Positions 1 through 13,400 of a DNA stretch of 64,000 nucleotides are shown here, in pieces. Numbering within the stretch: the first letter of the stretch is position 1; each line of letters starts with the position of its first letter. The notes under the pieces are model-generated. The model ran no database searches and was not told the origin of the DNA. It saw nothing but the letters and a program-made list of their open reading frames with translations. The position numbers and the translations under genes are program-made. Source of the DNA: Raillietiella orientalis (Eukaryota); assembly GCA_036172245.1 (NCBI GenBank), contig JAYWIR010000079.1, positions 62,001-126,000 of the forward strand, written 5' to 3'.

Positions 1-3000
1 GATTTGATCTTTTCAATATTGCTAATGACCAAACTTCAACACTGAGAGCAAGTAATGCAAAGAATCACACAAGCTTTGAAATCTACTAGAATCGAAATCG
101 AAGTGGCAGTTAAGTTTTTCATGGCCATAATATTCTGAAGTTCGCGAAGATTGTTTGACTGGTCGCATGCATGATTATAAAGTGGGTTGTGGACTTTGTT
201 ACCACATTACAGAGAAATCTGGGTAACTCAGTTTTTCTTTATCTAATCTTTCCAAGGCACTCATCAGAGATGCAACTGAGAAGTGAGATTTCGGTTTAAC
301 ATAACAGCAGGCAAAATGAAACTATGACCTCTGACATTAAGCCTACCAGGGCGGAAAATATTCAACAGTCAAATTTGCATTCATGAACACGTAAACAGAT
401 TAGAACCGTAAGAATACAGAGATTTATAATTGCAACCTAAGGGATATCAAGAAGACTAAACAAAATTCAACAAAAAGGAAAACATATTATTATTCATTAA
501 TGTCCAACAAAAGTTCATCTATTGTTGGTCACTATGTCCTTTAATGAGTCTCAGAATAATAAACCGGCTCTAAAAAGAAATCATCTGATACCGATGGAAA
601 AGTTACGAAGAATTTTTTCCATTAAAAAAGAATTTAATATTTTATATTTTTGGATTGCCGCGTGTTTGCGGAAGGTGGGCAAAGAACATAGGAGAGTTTA
701 TTGATTTGAAGTCGATATTGATTCTTAAAGGGTCATGAATCCAATGAAGAATTTCTTTTTTTTTTCTTTCTTTCTTGTGAGAAAAGTGCTTCGATCACTG
801 ATTTTGTTCCAATACTGAAGATAGGAGGATTCTTCAAATGGGAAAACATATATTTAGAATTTCTATCGGGAAAGTCTAATTATAGCGGTAGAAAAATACG
901 ACTATGCTTCTTTGGATTGCCAGAGAACGTGTTCAAAAAATCGTACCAAACATCACTAGAGTAGCAGTAACCTTACAAGATAGTATCGAGAGTCCCACTC
1001 CTCAGAAAACGATTTCGTCTTGCACATGATAATGCATTTTACCAAAGAAAACTTCGAAATGCCAAATTAAGATGCCTAGAATTCTGAAAATACTTAGATA
1101 AGGGCAACTATTATATTCGATCGAATTAACATGTTCTGGTTTCCGATAGTTCTGCTGATTATGAGATGAACGTAGCACTCCAGGGAATTGTTGGAGACTG
1201 TAGAAATTAGGAACTTCTTTGAGACATTCAGATGACAGCAAAGCAAATTCAGTACGGATGCAACGAAAAGTCTCCGTGGGAAGACACTGCTGTTTTGAAA
1301 TCGAAACAGATCAAAATGAACCATAACAAAAATCAAATGAGTCTCTTGCAGAAGCGAAGGATTATGTTAGTAGATGTATGATTGGTTTTGGTTCCTGTTT
1401 GCTTCATTGGATTCCCATTCTAACTTTCCAGCTCGGAATTTCAAAAAACTCAAATGTGTTGATGGAGATTGCAGAAAGCTGTCTAAACACCCAGAATGAA
1501 AAAGCCCATTTTTTCCCTCCCACCTATCGCGTTGCCTTCCTGGAAGACGTAAACTGCACATGAAATGTAATTCATCCAGAGTTCCTCCCCCAAGCATCTG
1601 ATTATTGTTCAGTTTAAAGAATCCATGGCCGAAGAATCCAAGAAATCCCTGCTTGTTTGGGAAAGGGAGAGAATTTTGTGGCTGACTGAATCAGTAGCAA
1701 AGTTCAGAGTGCTGAGCATGTAGAAAATTGCAGTAACCTTGTACTTAGCCTCCATTGCCTGCTCTTTTGTTACCATGGAATAGGGGGTAATTTTTTTGAA
1801 AATTAGGATTATTATCTAATTATGAAACGGAACGGCATTCCTCGGTGTTCAGCACACACCACAAATAATTGCCTGCAAATCAGTCAAAGAAAAGCTCTCA
1901 ACCCCGATCCGTAAGGTCGTGAAGTGTGTAGCATTTCGAATTTTGACTTCAGTAGATCGTAGGTTCTGCTTCCGATTCCCTATCTAATTCGGTATAAGCA
2001 ATCGAAAGACAGACGTTCATCTGCCCGTACTCTATTTGTTGGGTCAAATTCTTTCCATCTCTTTCGAGTTTCTACATCATGGAATTTGGAAGACAGCACT
2101 TTCATCCACTTGAACGAGGTGAAAACCACTCCAGAAATAAAGTCTCTCATTCCTTACCATGGTCCCTGCAAAACGCGATGCATGTGCGAACGTCATTGAC
2201 GTCTGCTTTCTGAATTGAAATTGCCAGCTAATTATCGTAACTCATGTCAGTTCGTCCAGCTAATTGGAATGCAGGGCCCCACATCTCAATTGGATAACTA
2301 GATCAATAGGCAACAAGTCCACGATCTCCCTTGGTGGTGATCGTCCCCCTTTAATGACTTTTCTTTGAGTGTTTTACTAGGGCAAACGTAGTCGACAGGG
2401 GGCCTTTAGATCAGTCACCGAACATTATGAATACTGTTGGTAATGCCTGGAATATTCTCAAGTTTTATGGTAAACTTACAGATCTACTGGTATCCACAAA
2501 TTCCTGTATTGTTCACTCTACATCCAAGAGGGGCTTGTTATCGAAGTTTCTTTGCCTGGATATAGTGCCATCGATTTTTTCTTTCAATGTGGCACATCCA
2601 GTGTTTGTGAAACGCGCGACCCTCTCAACAAATTGCTAAGGCACAAGGGCGCAAAGGTTACTCTCTTAAGTGGCGACCATATGCCAAATGGCTTTGGTCT
2701 GCATGTCTAGCACGCTACTGCTGTGCTTCAACTGTTCTGAAAGAACAGTTTCCGAGACCTTGTTTTCCAGAGAAAACCGCGTTTTCCTGGGAAATCTCCA
2801 GAGAAGCGCACAAGAAGGAAGCTGAGGAAACCTATCAAGATGCACGGTATCCGGAGATGGCCATCCTGCCCTCACCTCCCTTTGTCCATTCCATTCATTT
2901 TGGACTTTTCCCTTCCTGCCTGTACCCAGCGGAACACTCTCAATGTGCCTCCTGAAAGTTTCTCGAGGGCGAAATTCAGTAGGGCGTTTCCGCTTCCAGC

Positions 3001-4073
3001 TGCCACTTGCATCCCAGAGACTCCTTGTCTGCTCCTTGAAAAAGAGGTGGATTTTCTGGTGTGGATGGGGGACAGGAGAGGGACAGCGATTGATCCAGGC
3101 TAGCAGGGCACTTCCACGTGTCTGATATCTCCCGCTCAGAGCGACGACGTTGTCCTCCTGAGAAGCACAGGGAGCTCTGGTCTTCGGGCGAAGACGCCGT
3201 ATGATGCAGGCACTCACAGGAGGAGGTCGTCGCCACAAGTGACGCTATGAACCGAGGCCGACGACAAAGAGCCGCCCGCCGAGCAGGCGCGAATTACCAG
3301 TTGCCGGCAAGCGTTCTCCGCGATCCTCGCATAACTTCCTCGCACAGAAGGGGCTGCTGCCCCTCTGCATCTCTCCTTCGATGCTGCACTCCTTCGAGAG
3401 TTCAGCATCCGAACTGCTGAGACCAAACCGTGGGTTCCAAGAAAAACGCATCGGCGGACTCCAGTTCCGACGCGCGGTGAAATTCCTACCGAGTGCCGGC
3501 GCCTCCAACACCGTTCCGCACCCGCCCTGCTTGTTTTTCCTAAGGAAGGGGGCAGAAAATGGAAGAGCTCTTGGGAAACACAGCGGAAGAGGCGAATAGC
3601 GGAAGCTGAAGGGTGATGGGGAGAGGTGGGGACAAGGACCTCGGGATATCTGTGGATAAGTGGACGGAGATCCACTTTTCCTTTTTTTTTTCGCCTCCCC
3701 GCTTTCGTGCAGGAAGGCAAGAGTTCTTCGGAGACATCTGGCACGCTCCGGCGCTGCCTTGCGGCAGTGAGTCAGCCTGAGAGCTGTGCCAGACTTGTTA
3801 AGGAAAGAAGGGGTTCGAGAAAACGAGCCTTCTCTCCATTTCCACAACACCGCCGCCTCCAGCTAATGGACCCGAAACAAATTGCGAGCCACCCTTAAAT
3901 CGGGCGGATCTTTTCTGCATGCGGCCATCGTGAGCCATTGTCGTCGTCGTTGTCGTCGTGTCTCGGAAGCATCAACAGCCCCAAGAACGATTTCGAGAAG
4001 AGATCGAGTTGGCATCTGCGGCCGTCGTATGGAGCGAATGCTGCTGTCCCCGAGGAAAAGCGTCGACACTGGC

Positions 4074-4472
4074 ATGCAAAAGCAAGTGTTGCTGGCAGTG
4101 AAACTGATAACCAGATGCCTCCGGAAACACCCAGATTCCCGATTTATAAGCCCCGAGGAGATGGAAAGGTTCCAGGAGGCTCTGATCAAGGAAATCACCA
4201 TTTTCCTTACAAACTTTTGGCACGAGGACGATCCGAGGAGGGACTCCGAGATGAGGTGCCTCCGAATGAACTGCATTCTGGAAAGCATCATCCGTTGCGC
4301 CTGCATGTCGTGCAAACTCCACGACAAATTTGTACTCCGCCTCTACCCAAGGGAGTTAACTGTGTGGATCGACCCCGACAGAGTCAGGTTCCAGCGGGGG
4401 GAGCGCAGCCCCGTCTACTCGCTGGAGGAGTGTTCAGAGAGCTCCGTACCGCACGCACAAGAGGATCTTTGA
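4074..4472 (+). CDS. BTG/Tob (APRO) anti-proliferative family protein, divergent; domain uninterrupted by introns; in-frame upstream ATG at 4029 also possible
   Basis: Translation MQKQVLLAVKLITRCL...MERFQEALIKEITIFLTNFWHEDDPRRDSEMRCLRMN...LYPRELTVWIDPDRVRFQRGE follows the BTG/Tob layout: N-terminal M..E/Q..AV helix, Box A-like (HW.P..P..GS.YRCIRIN) and Box B-like (LP.ELTLWVDP..V..R.GE). The paralogue cannot be assigned and the 3' end is uncertain (see findings). Confidence 0.85.
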   Translation: MQKQVLLAVKLITRCLRKHPDSRFISPEEMERFQEALIKEITIFLTNFWHEDDPRRDSEMRCLRMNCILESIIRCACMSCKLHDKFVLRLYPRELTVWIDPDRVRFQRGERSPVYSLEECSESSVPHAQEDL

Positions 4473-7400
4473 TGAAGAAAACAGAGATGGGGAGAAGAAA
4501 GAGGATTTTGGGGATCCATCATTCCCGGAGGACGCCATCGCGGCCCGCTCGTGGACGGACCCCGCGTCGAAAGCGGCCGACCGCAGCCAAACTTCCCCGT
4601 CATTGGTGCATCGCCGGGACCGTCCAGGTTGTTTCTTTTTCTTCAGGGAGGGATTGGGTAGCGTAAGCGTAGGTGCCAGCGAGGACATGAGGATTGCGCT
4701 CCTTACAGAGCAGAAAGGGGAGAGGATAAGGATTCGGACTTGTTTTGGGAAGCCACCGCAGGCCGCGGTCTGAAGCTTGCTGGTGGGAGGCCGTTTGGTT
4801 CCGGACGGATGTCTCCCCTACCCATTGTGATTCCTTTCCCTTTCCTCCCTTCAGGAAGTGCGCGCGCGAGGAAGGGAAGGTCGGACAGGGCACATCACAG
4901 TCTTCTTCCTCAGGAGAGACAGCCTCCCGACCCGTCTCGGAGATGCCAGTTTCGTTTGGATAGTCCCAGGAGCTCGTTACCCTTTTTGATCTGGTCAAAA
5001 AGGAGAACAGGAACAGAGGTGCACCTCCAGGAAGATCTGCCAGCGTTGCGAGACCCACGCAGCTCCGGAGACCCCGCTAAGAACCGAATGTTTGCTCACA
5101 ATGGCTAGCCCGCCCAACGGTCCGCAGTGAGTTCGGCGGAAAGTCTTCAGGGACCATTGACCTGAGCTCCAGTGGTCAAAGATGGATCAACACGTTCTCC
5201 AGGATGGGATCATCTCCCAAAGCGAAAAGTGGGTGCAGTCGTATAGCATACTCTTCGTGGTTGCGTCCTCCGATCGTGTGTCGTATCAGTATTGCGTGGG
5301 TAATGTGATGTAAGACCGCGGATCACAGACACACAATACGTTGACGCTGCACGCGGTTATGACCCAGGCATACTCCTTTGATCCCCCTCACAGTAGCGCA
5401 GCCAGGTTAACAGCCTCGACCTCGAGGAAATGTTGAATAAAAGCAGCTGGATGCCTTAGAGGAGGAAGGACAAGACCGTAGGCTCTTCTCTAACCAGCCT
5501 CCCTCCGTCCAGAAATCGACGGGTGTGCCTCCTACACTTCCCTGACCTCCAGATGCCCTCATGACTTCCGCAAAGATTTTCCGTACCCTCCGTCCTCCGT
5601 CCCAGAGTGGAGAACTAACTTCCTCCCCAGTATGGTGTGTGAAGGATTCCGTCTCGACCATGTGGTCTTTTCTTGTCCTTAGCAATTTAGCACGCTCCGA
5701 AGTCCTTTCATAAGGTGGTTTGCCTCTCGATCAAGTCTACGGCGCCTCGGGCTTTGCGAATGGAATGAGAATGCAAGGAGGACGCCGTAGGAACACCCTT
5801 GCATGTCGTTCGGGCTGGAGCCCGCAGCCACTAGTCGGGAGTCTAGCGAGGAGTGCGCTCGTTCTCCTCGATAGACTCCGGCTTCGAATCGCGCCTTCCT
5901 CAGTAACTAATGGCTTCATTGCCATCTTCGCAGAAAACGATTTGCAATGACACGTGTGGGTGTGAGCGGCAGCGGTGTAGCACTGGCACACAAGGTGCTC
6001 GAGCTCGAGCGCAGGCAGGGAGAAGGGAACCACAGAGTGGACTTTGTAGTCAACTTGCTTTCGGGGATTAAATGTAGAAAGCAACTCACCGGAATCTGTT
6101 TACTCGTTCTTTTAGAACACATGCGCCTCCATGCGGAAGCTTTGTCCATCACGTACCAGATTTTTAGCCAGAGGCTTTAACCTACTCCCCATTTCAGGAA
6201 TTCTAATCTGATGAGTGGTATGAGTCCCTCCTGACCTTAGGTGAGAAGTTCCACTTGGCAGTCCATAATTTGGCTTTCCGGGAGCTGAGGGATACGATTC
6301 CTTCCCAATAGTAGGGGAGGGAAGAGGACAGAGGTGCGAAGGAATGGCAGTATCGACTCGATTCTGACGATCTAAGCTTTCCCTGGATACCTATCACTAA
6401 GAGAATAAAGGATCCGTGAGTTGTTGGTATGACTCCGGAATCATACCGACAATTGTTGCCCATACTGCCGGGTTCCTTAAAACAGTTCCCGTATAGAGGA
6501 CATTTACGTATCCTGAGAAGCCGTTTCTTCGTCTCGCGGTGCCTGGAAGACCCAGGTACACTTCGAAGATCAGTGAAGTGGACAGTGAGAAGAAGTGCTT
6601 GAAAAGTCGGACAGTCTGTAGAAGAGCGGAGCGCCATGACTAGGAGCACAAAAATTCTGACGGCGATGCTGCGTGCTCCTGAGCACACAACCTAGTCGAC
6701 TTCGTAAAGCGGGACAATCCCTGGAAAAACGGGTGTTAAAGCGCGGAACTCGCTTGGCACTTCCTTTCGTCGCTGCTTCTCTCTGCAAAGATCTGCTTCA
6801 ACGGCTGCCCCTCGTGTCTTCCCATTGCCACTAGGGAGCTTGTTGTGATGGCCATAGTATCGGAAACTCCTTGTTTCTGGGTGAGTAAACATACTCGCTC
6901 AATCTTGTTAATTACCATTAATTAACAAATCTTCCTTGACACTGTCCATCATTCCATCCGACTTGAAAGAGACCCACCCTCTAGTCTCTGCCTTTGAAGC
7001 GATAGAGCACAAGGCTTGAGGAGGGTTGGCTTTAAAAGTTACCCACACGGCATTCCCAGACAGCCTATACTCTGCCCCGGGTCATCGAACCAGCATATCG
7101 GAAAGAAATCCCGTGAGCTTTCGAGATGCTGTGTGCTTGCATCTTCCGCACAGAGCCATGGAAGCTTTCTTCCTGAGCGCTGCCTCCTCCTTGCCACTCG
7201 CTTACCTAGGGAGCGCGACCGAAATCTCTGTTGTTCGCTGCATCTGTTCCTCTTCTCGCCTAGATGCCTCAGTGCACCTGCGCCCAAGCTTGAATTTCCG
7301 CGCATTCGTATCTCGTATGCGCGCCCATCTTCTTTGGAAGCAGAGAGCAGGAAATGTATCCCAGATGAAAGCGCCATACGGTCGCAACCTTAGGAAGGAA

Positions 7401-10400
7401 CGGCTGATCCCAGAGAACGACTGTACAAAGCTGACGTAGTAGAACAGGGAAGCAAGCTCGGAATTCGTTATTGCTGGACCGATTCAAGCAGAGGTCGACG
7501 CTTCTTCGGCAAATCGCCACCTCGGCAGCTCTCGGAAGGGGGCAGGCTGCCATCTGAATGTGATGAGTGTTGAGGAACTTCGAAACGTAGAGGAACTCCC
7601 CGAGAACCACAGACGTCGACGCTTGCGGATGGAAGTACGGTTCGAGGACCATCGCGTCGCACAAGGTCCATCGGATCAAAGATTCCCCATGTTAATCATC
7701 CGCAATCAACAGGATACTTTATGGAAGAAGCAGCCCGTCTTCGGCAGTACTCATTTCCAACACTCTGACTGACCGTCTGCTTCCTCAGCTGAAGTTCCTT
7801 CCCAGACGACCACACTTTATGGGATCAATAGCTCCGTTAGCATTGTAACCCTGAAGGAAAAAAACAATCCGAAAAAGAAATGTGACCACCACAAAATAAG
7901 CGTGAAGCAAGGGCATTTACGGCAAACGCAATTAAACTGGCTTATAGGAGGCGAGACACGGCTACGGAGAACTGGTCAGTTTGCATTTAGAGAAAGCGTT
8001 TTTGTTTTTTTTCCCTAGTCTGTTTTACTTCTTCTTACTTGTACACTACAAAACGAACTACATTTCGCATTTGCAGCATACGAGTGCCTGAGTCCGCGTA
8101 CATCCCAGTGAACAGAGTTCTCAACAGTGAAAATCGCATCGTCTGCGTTTAAGATTAGTTGGGCACGCGGAGGATTCAGGCCAGAAGTATGGCACGGAGA
8201 TTTCCGCGCCGGGAACGCGCGGTCCTTGTTTGGAGGAGGGCACGAAAATGCCGTTCCTACGGAATTCACGATTCGATTCCTTAACTTCGTATGGCACTTT
8301 TTTTCCCCTCTCCCTCAATGAGTATTCCTGTGAGCAAGTTTCTTTGTTTTTTTGGATCGTCACGTTGCTACGAGGAAAATTTTCTGCGCAAATTTTGCAT
8401 TCCCAGTCTTGACTATACAGATTCACCATCTAATCAGATGCTAGTTGATGAGGCTGCTCCTCTACGGGTTTTCGCCTCCTGGCAGGAACGCATCGATTCC
8501 AACAAATACAAATTAAAAAATAGTGAAGTGCTACTGCTAGATACTGCCAAGATTGACAGTTTCCTTTCGATGTTAAAAAAATCACAAGCTGAACGATTAG
8601 CTTGAAGCTAAGCATTCTCTTTCGCTAACTGCCACAACAGGCTTTCGTAAATACCCTGCAGATATTGCCTTCAATTTTCTAAAGATTTGAAGAAAGAACA
8701 AAGTTTCCAAGGAAAAGGAAAAGCAGATGTTAAGCTTTCCAATTCATCATTTCTAAAAAACCTTTGATGAGATCTCTGGAAATCTCTTACAAGGTGGATG
8801 ATTGTCTCTTATATCATTCAGACTGCCTCACAGACACAGGCATCTAATCTTGTTCAGCTTATGTTATATGAAATGACACGGTTATGCATCACTTTGGATT
8901 TGCACATCATCGCTCATGTCGTGATTTGCTTTATTGCTTTTTATAGTTAATATGCACAATTCATCCTCAAGATCTTCCTTTCTTACTAGATTGCAAAAGA
9001 CTGTACGTAAGGTTCTGAATTCGAGATGACTAAAAGCATGCAGACTCACAGCAGATGAAGGTTCCATCCTTATTTTTTTATTTTATGTGGTTAAGTACAT
9101 GTAGGCAGGGATTTGGTTCCATGAATAGGCAGAAATAAAACAGTGACATGATCTGGAGAAAATGTGTCCTACTAGCCATAAGATGGCATTGCTTATTGTG
9201 TTGATGGAGTCGCAAGGTCACTGAGAGACTCGGCTGTTTGCATGCCTCAGCAAGTATGTGTCCCAATGCTGACAATTGTTGATCAGCATCATTTTTGAGT
9301 AACACCTCTGCAGAGTCCATGTTATTGTACTTCTGTAACGTTGCCTGGCTTGATGAAGCAAACGTGAAAAGCACCATCCACGTCTTCGAATCCACAACTG
9401 ATGCAAGCAGCATTCTCAGAACATTTCTGGACGTGACTAACGTTGTGAAGTCCGAAATGCATTTTAAGGGCTAAGAAGTTAAGTCGAAAAAGGTTCCACG
9501 AACACGGAGGTTTCCGGTGAATGTGTGTATCCATGTAACCGTCAAAAAAGAAAAAAAAAAACGAAAAATTTTCGACCCAGAGAGATGCGAGATTTGTTTA
9601 TCACATACGAACGATGAGATGACATGACTTTCGTACGCGTTTCTTTCAAAGATGGCTACTCATTAGAATAAGAGAAATAGTGGAAAAGGAAGGAACTATG
9701 CAAACAGGAAGTGAAATCACCTTCTGCAATATTTTCAATGAAATTCGGTTCAGCCTTGGAGAGTCTCATTATAAACAGATGCATGTCAAAAATGTCATCT
9801 TGAACATCTTTACATCAGTCGAAATCGTTTTCCTTCCATTCTGCTCCAGTAAACTCTTTTCCTAAACTGAGAAATTTTAGACGAAAATTCGGAGTGGGAA
9901 AACGAAGGAAGAAGTCTTCCTCGACCCACTTTTCCTACAGCTGAACTCATGAAGAATGAGTCAGAAGATCTACTTCCCTCGATACCTGGCAAACAGTGCT
10001 CAGCAGCGTCAGATGAACAGGAATTTCAGAAAATTTAGCACTGCCTTCGAGCAGTACTGGGAATTCTGCTTCACAGAATCAACGCTAGAAGCAAAAACGC
10101 TCTGTGGTTTAAAAGAGGCAGTCATGTGATAAGGGGGATCGGAATAGGCATGGAATACACATTAGGATTATAATACACCGGATCCTCGAGAAAAAAATTG
10201 CTTTTAACGCTCATCTGTAGGTGGAAATGATTTGACTTGTAAGGCACAGTTGAGATCTGTGAGCAGAAGATTAATGGATGCCACCACGAATAATTTCTGC
10301 CTACTCAAGTGTCGAATTTGTTAATTGAGCAGATAATTGCTGCAACAGGGACTGCTTAGCAAGGGATGATTGTGGTAGTTTCAGAAACAGAAAATCAAAA

Positions 10401-13400
10401 CTCTTTATGATGCCCGAAGATTGATGGCAATGGAAATGCATTACTAACTGTTATGAGAGTTTTCTGTCTACATCTTGACAGACGAAATGCTGCAAAAGAA
10501 AAGTGAAAAATGGATAAGCATAAGGACGGCACAAAGACTGAGAACGGCTTGCACATCCTGCATACTTGATAAATAATTCCAAGGAGAAGTAGTAGAGTTA
10601 GTCCAAAGAGTCTCATCCTTCCCATTTCTTTTTTTAATTCCATCAATTTATACAATCCATTGGGCAAAATTGCAAACTACCCTACCATATATATGCCGTT
10701 GGTTTGTTTCTGGATAGGTCAGACGAACACACGTACCATTCTAAGCAGTGGAAATATAGAAAGAATAGAGAGATACATTCATGAGTCATAGGGCAGAAGA
10801 TGAGTAAGTTTCATAGGGAGCTTGTATGATGATAAACTACGGGTATTACGGAGAGATCATCGGTGGCTGTGGTTTGCATGTGTTTTTATGTTTTCCAAAT
10901 GTCTGGTTTTGTAAAGGCATCCAAATCCTTCCCAGTTTATTAAAATTGTAGTAAATACGACCTAATTTTGCAATATTTATTAAATGAATAATAGACATGT
11001 GGTTACTAAATGGAGCAAAGTGGTATTGTATGTATGAACAGTGTGCAAAAAAAGAGGGAAAAGTGAGAGAATGATTTACCCTACTTAATTGTTACATGTG
11101 ATATGCATGAAAATTAAATGTCTTCCATCTTGATGGAATATTAATAAAACAAAAAGCCTATTTTTTTTTAAATCTTTGGGAGCTGCTTGCAATTTTCGGG
11201 TTACAAGTGAAGTATTATATAAAGGTGTACAGATTTCACTGATATGTTGCACTGCGCATAGTCATATAATATATAATCCATGTTATAAACTGTATTCATA
11301 AATCTAAATTTTTTCATAAAGGAATCAAATAAAAAAAAATTGCCTAAGACATGGAGACTTAATACCATGAAAAAACTCGCTAATAATCTTGACACCAGAT
11401 CTACTTTTGTTAATTAAAGCATTTTTTCTTCCAGTTATTTTGGAAAAATTTTCAAGTACTTGGACTGATTGCTAATTCACAGGCAGATCTTGCACGTTTA
11501 TTTGCGGACTCAAATAGAACTCTACAATCTAATACAAGAACACAAAACAATATATATTTTATGCCCGAAAATATATTTACATACCATAAAAGTGAAAACT
11601 GCAGATTTGTTCTCCGTTTTACGGCTGTTAATCACTTCCATATGCTGTTGTGAACATTAGAAATGCTTCAAGGATATCAGGTGAAATGGATGTTTACATG
11701 TTTAGACACGATTCTTGAGCACTTAATGGAAACAAAAAAAGTCGTGTTGAAATTGCTTCATCTGACCTTGGGGATAAAATGCAGGTTAGTACCACAAAGT
11801 ACAGAGAGCACGGTACCAATTCACAGCTGATTCACAGCGTTTTTGCGAAACACTTGTCTTTCAAATTGAAAAAGAAATCCAGCCTGGTCCCTTCCTCTTT
11901 TCGTGAAGATTTGAATACGGATGTTCCTTCTGGGTATCCGGGCACTTTTCCTAGCTCGCTGAGCATCTCAGAAAGATGGAACGAGCATCGACTTATCCCG
12001 AATCTTATCGTTCACACTTTCCGACTTCCAGAAACATACCGACGCTTTCAGCAAAACATGGCTTCCAGTTCATGGCTATGTGGGATAAATTATCACACTA
12101 ACAAATCCTCTGATGAGGTCAAATGATCTCTGTACTTAGACACTTTGTTTGGATGAGTCCTCCTCCTAGGAACCCCCCTTTCTCCCCCCACTCCCACCCC
12201 CCCCAAAAAAAAAACTGGCAGAAATGTAACCGCAGTGAAATTTCAAATGGCTGTGATCCATGCAGATAGAACACTACCCTTCCTTCTGTGCGCTAATTAC
12301 AAGGGATTCTCATGCATTAGATGCTCCAAATTCAATTTACCCTTTTTCCATTTAAAGAAATTCTCAAGTCGATGAGTAAAAAAACCCTTGCAATCCCTGA
12401 GGCAAAAAGTTTTCGTAGGGTGCGACCGGACATTGAATTTTGAGGATTACATCGTCAGAACCTACAGAGTACATGATGTGAGATCAACTAGAACTTCGAA
12501 GCATGATTTTCAATTATTGGTGCTTTTAACATAGGCTGGAGGAAAGTGCCTCTTCTAATAGTTCATACGGACGTTATTTGTTTCAATGATACAATTCAGT
12601 GAGCATGTACAATTCAGTCTTCCCTGCAAAAGAACACCGGAACTCCCGATAGCATCGAGTTTAATGGCAAGAGAAGCCGAACCTCGAACTTGCTAACTCT
12701 TAGCAGAGATTGTAACCGCCATTCTAGGAAAGCTTTTCGTTCTCTCTCCCTTGCTTATCACAAGGTATTTATAAAGTGAACTTGTAAAAGGATGAAGAGG
12801 AAACTTTGGTTGCCAGTAAATACGACAGATGCTTCACATCGATTCATAGCACCGAAATGAAATGAGAGTCCAAAACTCTTTGGGTAATTTTAAGCAGTCC
12901 TTTAACATGACTCTTGATTTACCAGAAGTGCCTTTACAGAAAGTCACTGAAACTTGGAAAGCCAAATACAAGGAATCTGAACAAAAAAGGACTTTGAGAC
13001 ATCAATGTTTGGAAGTGGTTTGAACAAACAGGAAAAGCAGTCGTAGTTCCAAAAGGGAAACCGACCTCTGACTTTTAGGTTCCAGTGTTTTTAAGATTCG
13101 TCTCATAAACGAACTTCAAGCTTCTAGCCCTCATTTCACTTTTCGTTTGCCAGAGTATGCGATTCAAAGATTTTTTTCTTCATTATAAAAAACTGCTGTT
13201 CATAGGAGATTATAAAAAACGGTAAAATACTTGGAATGCTAAAAGGGTTATCTCAAAACATACAATTCTCACACTGAAACCAGTTTTTAAATTTCTAAAA
13301 AAATATTACTCTACATTGCTCTGTATAAAATAGGAAAGTTACATCAAACTGATGTTGAATTAGGAAGACTGAGATTACTCAGATTCCTTAAAATAACAGA

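Noticed and set aside
1..2660. Short ORFs and possible exons (e.g. 1378-1563; a minus-strand ATG|GTAAGG near 2157)
   Set aside because: No recognisable family and no consistent exon chain
2666..7772. Many long overlapping ORFs on both strands (e.g. 3245-3850, 3938-4666, 6203-6688)
   Set aside because: Expected from stop-codon scarcity in GC-rich DNA; R/S/P-rich with no domains; several are shadows of the BTG frame
11850..12130. Possible RTE-like LINE C-terminal remnant on the minus strand (FWKSESVNDKIRDKS)
   Set aside because: A single weak motif, insufficient for a call
12665..12730. tRNA-like A/B boxes on the minus strand (TAGAATGGCGG...GGTTCGGCTTC)
   Set aside because: No cloverleaf or acceptor stem; at most a degenerate SINE head
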